Assembly: GCA_963815505.1 (NCBI GenBank)
Contig: CAWFGU010000001.1
Span: 12,111 to 36,110, forward strand
Direction of reading: 5' to 3'
Length of the DNA: 24,000 nt
Origin: Rhodothermales bacterium
GTDB taxonomy: Bacteria; Bacteroidota; Rhodothermia; Rhodothermales; BA12
This document shows, piece after piece, positions 22,401 through 24,000 of this stretch. The position numbers and the translations under genes were made by a program. The notes under the pieces are model-generated. The model was not told where the DNA came from. It saw nothing but the letters and a program-made list of their open reading frames with translations, and ran no database searches. Position 1 is the stretch's first letter, and every line of letters starts with the position of its first letter.

Positions 22401-22821
22401 TTATTCGTAGGCCCAAGTCACATCTTCGGAGTCGCCGCCGGCGATGGTGACCGTAGCGACCTGATCTCCGCATGCGTTACTTGCATTGAGCTCGAACAGC
22501 TCTACGACGGCAGTGCTGCCTGTGCTGGCAAGCTCATGCAGCCGTTGCGTGGTGGAGTACGACGTCCGAGGTGTCGGGACGGCTGATGATCGACCAGTTG
22601 TCGAAGTTGCCGAGTTCGGTGGCATCTTCGCCAGCGCCGCCGAAAGGCTTGGGCTTGTAATACCACGCCTGAATGTCACCGACGACGCGGCTGGCGTCGG
22701 CTACGAGCGCGTCACGCTCGGCGCCTGCTTTGCCTTCCGAGAAGGCCTGGATTCCGGCGACTGCGGCGATGCCGACGATGACGATGCCGAGCACCAGGAG
22801 GAGGAGTTGTTGTTGTCCCAT
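22401..22821 (-). pseudogene. major pilin-like protein, frame apparently interrupted (+1) between about 22534 and 22600
   Basis: ATG at 22821 gives MGQQQLLLLVLGIVIVGIAAVAGIQAFSEGKAGAERDALVADASRVVGDIQAWYYKPKPFGG..., ending at TGA 22534. A protein-like C-terminus (LHELASTGSTAVVELFELNASNACGDQVATVTIAGGDSEDVTWAYE) continues in the next frame to TAA 22401 and has no start codon of its own nearby. Confidence 0.6.
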
Positions 22822-23185
22822 GGGTAGTGACCTTGCGGCGGTTTGGGTGGGAAGAAATGTGTGCGGCTCCTTCCGAGTCCGCACCATCTCTGGTCGGACA
22901 GAGGAAAAACCCTTCTGCAAAAGGCGTATCGGCGCTCGGACCACTCCTTTAAACACTTCCCGGTTTTTATTTCGCCGGACCCACGCCGTTTCAGGCACAA
23001 ACGGGTCTTGCTCTGCCCTGCCGCGCCCTCTCAGGAGGAATGTCACACGCTATGTAATGGGATTGCGACGCGTGCCACTTGCCCCGTCCATCTGCGTATC
23101 TCATGCAGATACGTCCGAACAATGAGCAGCCTGGAGACTCTCGCGCCGCATTACCAACCACTCGCTCACCCAACCCACTCCTCTC

Positions 23186-23539
23186 ATGGATACGCCCGAC
23201 CCCAAGATCGTCGTCGAAGAAATCAAGCTCAAAGGCAATCAGCTGATCGACAAAGTGCGCAGCATCGCCGCCGATGGTAATGCCAAGCGCGTCATCATTC
23301 GCACGCCCGAGCGCACGCTGCTGGAGTTTCCGCTTTCGGTTGGCGTCGGCGGGACGGCTGCCGCCCTTCTGATTGCGCCCCAGCTCGCCGCCATTGGCGC
23401 CATCGCCGCGCTGCTGACCGAAGTCGAGATCGTCGTCGAGCGCGAAGCTCCAACGGTGAGCGACATCATCGCCACTCCGGTCGCGACCCACCCGGTCGAC
23501 CCATCCGACTTGACGGGCAAGACGATGGGCGGCGTCTGA
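23186..23539 (+). CDS. DUF4342 domain protein (117 aa)
   Basis: VEEIKLKGNQLIDKVRSIAADGNAKRVIIRTPERTLLEFPLSVGVGGTAAALLIAPQLAAIGAIAALLTEVEIVVER matches the remembered DUF4342 pattern. Confidence 0.75.
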   Translation: MDTPDPKIVVEEIKLKGNQLIDKVRSIAADGNAKRVIIRTPERTLLEFPLSVGVGGTAAALLIAPQLAAIGAIAALLTEVEIVVEREAPTVSDIIATPVATHPVDPSDLTGKTMGGV

Positions 23540-23560
23540 TCGCCTCGCTCGCCTGACCTT

Positions 23561-23600
23561 CGGGCTGCTCGCGCATCTGCCGGGCAGCCCGTTTCCTTTT
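23561..23600 (+). terminator. candidate rho-independent terminator
   Basis: cgggctgc (23561-23568) pairs with gcagcccg (23584-23591) and is followed by tttcctttt. The loop is 15 nt, which is long. Confidence 0.4.
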
Positions 23601-23610
23601 GTGCCCCGCC

Positions 23611-24000
23611 ATGACGTACGCCCCTGCTCTCCCCGTCACCTATGCCGACGTAGAAGCCGCCTCGGTCCGCATCGCCGGACGCGCGCACCGGACGCCGGCC
23701 GTCACGTCGCGCACGCTTGATGCGCAGACGGGCGCGCAGGTCGTCCTCAAGTGCGAGAATCTGCAGCGCAGCGGCGCGTTCAAGTTCAGAGGCGCAGTCA
23801 ACGCCCTGCTCTCGCTGACGGACGACGAGCGCGCACGCGGCGTGCTCACGTACTCGTCGGGCAATCACGCCGGAGCGCTCGCACTGGCAGGTCGCGACTT
23901 GGGCGTTGCGGTGACCGTCGTCATGCCCCAGGACGCGCCGAAAATCAAACGGGCCGCAACCGAAGGCTACGGCGCGCGCATCGTGACGTACGACCGAGCA
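23611..24000 (+). CDS. PLP-dependent threonine/serine dehydratase family (fold type II), 5' part; continues beyond the window
   Basis: ATG at 23611, open to the window end. It has the PLP-lysine motif KCENLQRSGAFKFRGA, then YSSGNHAGALALAG. It is absent from the ORF track because it has no stop in the window. Confidence 0.85.
   Translation, partial: MTYAPALPVTYADVEAASVRIAGRAHRTPAVTSRTLDAQTGAQVVLKCENLQRSGAFKFRGAVNALLSLTDDERARGVLTYSSGNHAGALALAGRDLGVAVTVVMPQDAPKIKRAATEGYGARIVTYDRA

Noticed and set aside
9354-22586. Very long plus-strand ORFs (9354..11105, 10826..12031, 12166..13809, 13688..15310, 15487..16518, 17471..20392, 21252..22586)
   Set aside because: They lie antisense to minus-strand genes with clear secretin, PilM/N/O, PilT, PilB and PilC motifs. 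Their products are Arg/Gly/Asp/His/Val-rich with no recognisable domains. They are the open shadow frames typical of GC-rich coding DNA.
22828-23185. Sigma-54 (-24/-12) or other promoter upstream of the pilin gene, and ORFs 22843..23280 and 22991..23491
   Set aside because: Only a weak partial match was found near ccttttgca (3 of 6 for the -24 element). There is an AT-rich stretch, but I cannot place a promoter with confidence. The ORFs overlap the intergenic region and DUF4342 and are not protein-like.

Overview
Visibly GC-rich bacterial chromosomal window (GC not computed) with no obvious Shine-Dalgarno motifs upstream of genes. It has four parts. (1) 1-7761 is a classical-orientation chromosomal integron. 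An intact integron integrase (intI, 6721-7761, +) diverges from an array of at least 11 near-identical ~120-bp attC sites bounded by GCATAAC/GTTATGC. The array defines at least 10 cassettes and runs off the left edge. Cassette content: two small membrane or lipoproteins, a WG-repeat lipoprotein, a ParE-type toxin-antitoxin pair, an inverted zinc-ribbon ORF, two unknown proteins, a tRNA-like sequence and three paralogous cassettes with no convincing ORF. (2) 7761-9509 is repeat-rich. It holds a perfectly phased 21-bp x12 array, a hypothetical gene, and a DUF559 gene flanked by two copies of a composite palindromic element, one of which contains a 23-bp x5 expansion. (3) 9510-22821 is a minus-strand type IV pilus-like cluster in the order pilin, pilC, pilB, three minor-pilin-like genes, pilT-like, fused pilM/N, pilO(/P), pilQ. 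Its pilin N-termini are non-canonical, and pilC and the pilin each carry an apparent +1 frameshift. (4) A DUF4342 gene and the 5' part of a PLP-dependent threonine/serine dehydratase lie at the right edge. Most long plus-strand ORFs between 9.3 and 22.6 kb are antisense shadows of the GC-rich pilus genes. All functional calls come from reading the translated sequences against remembered family motifs; no database search was run.
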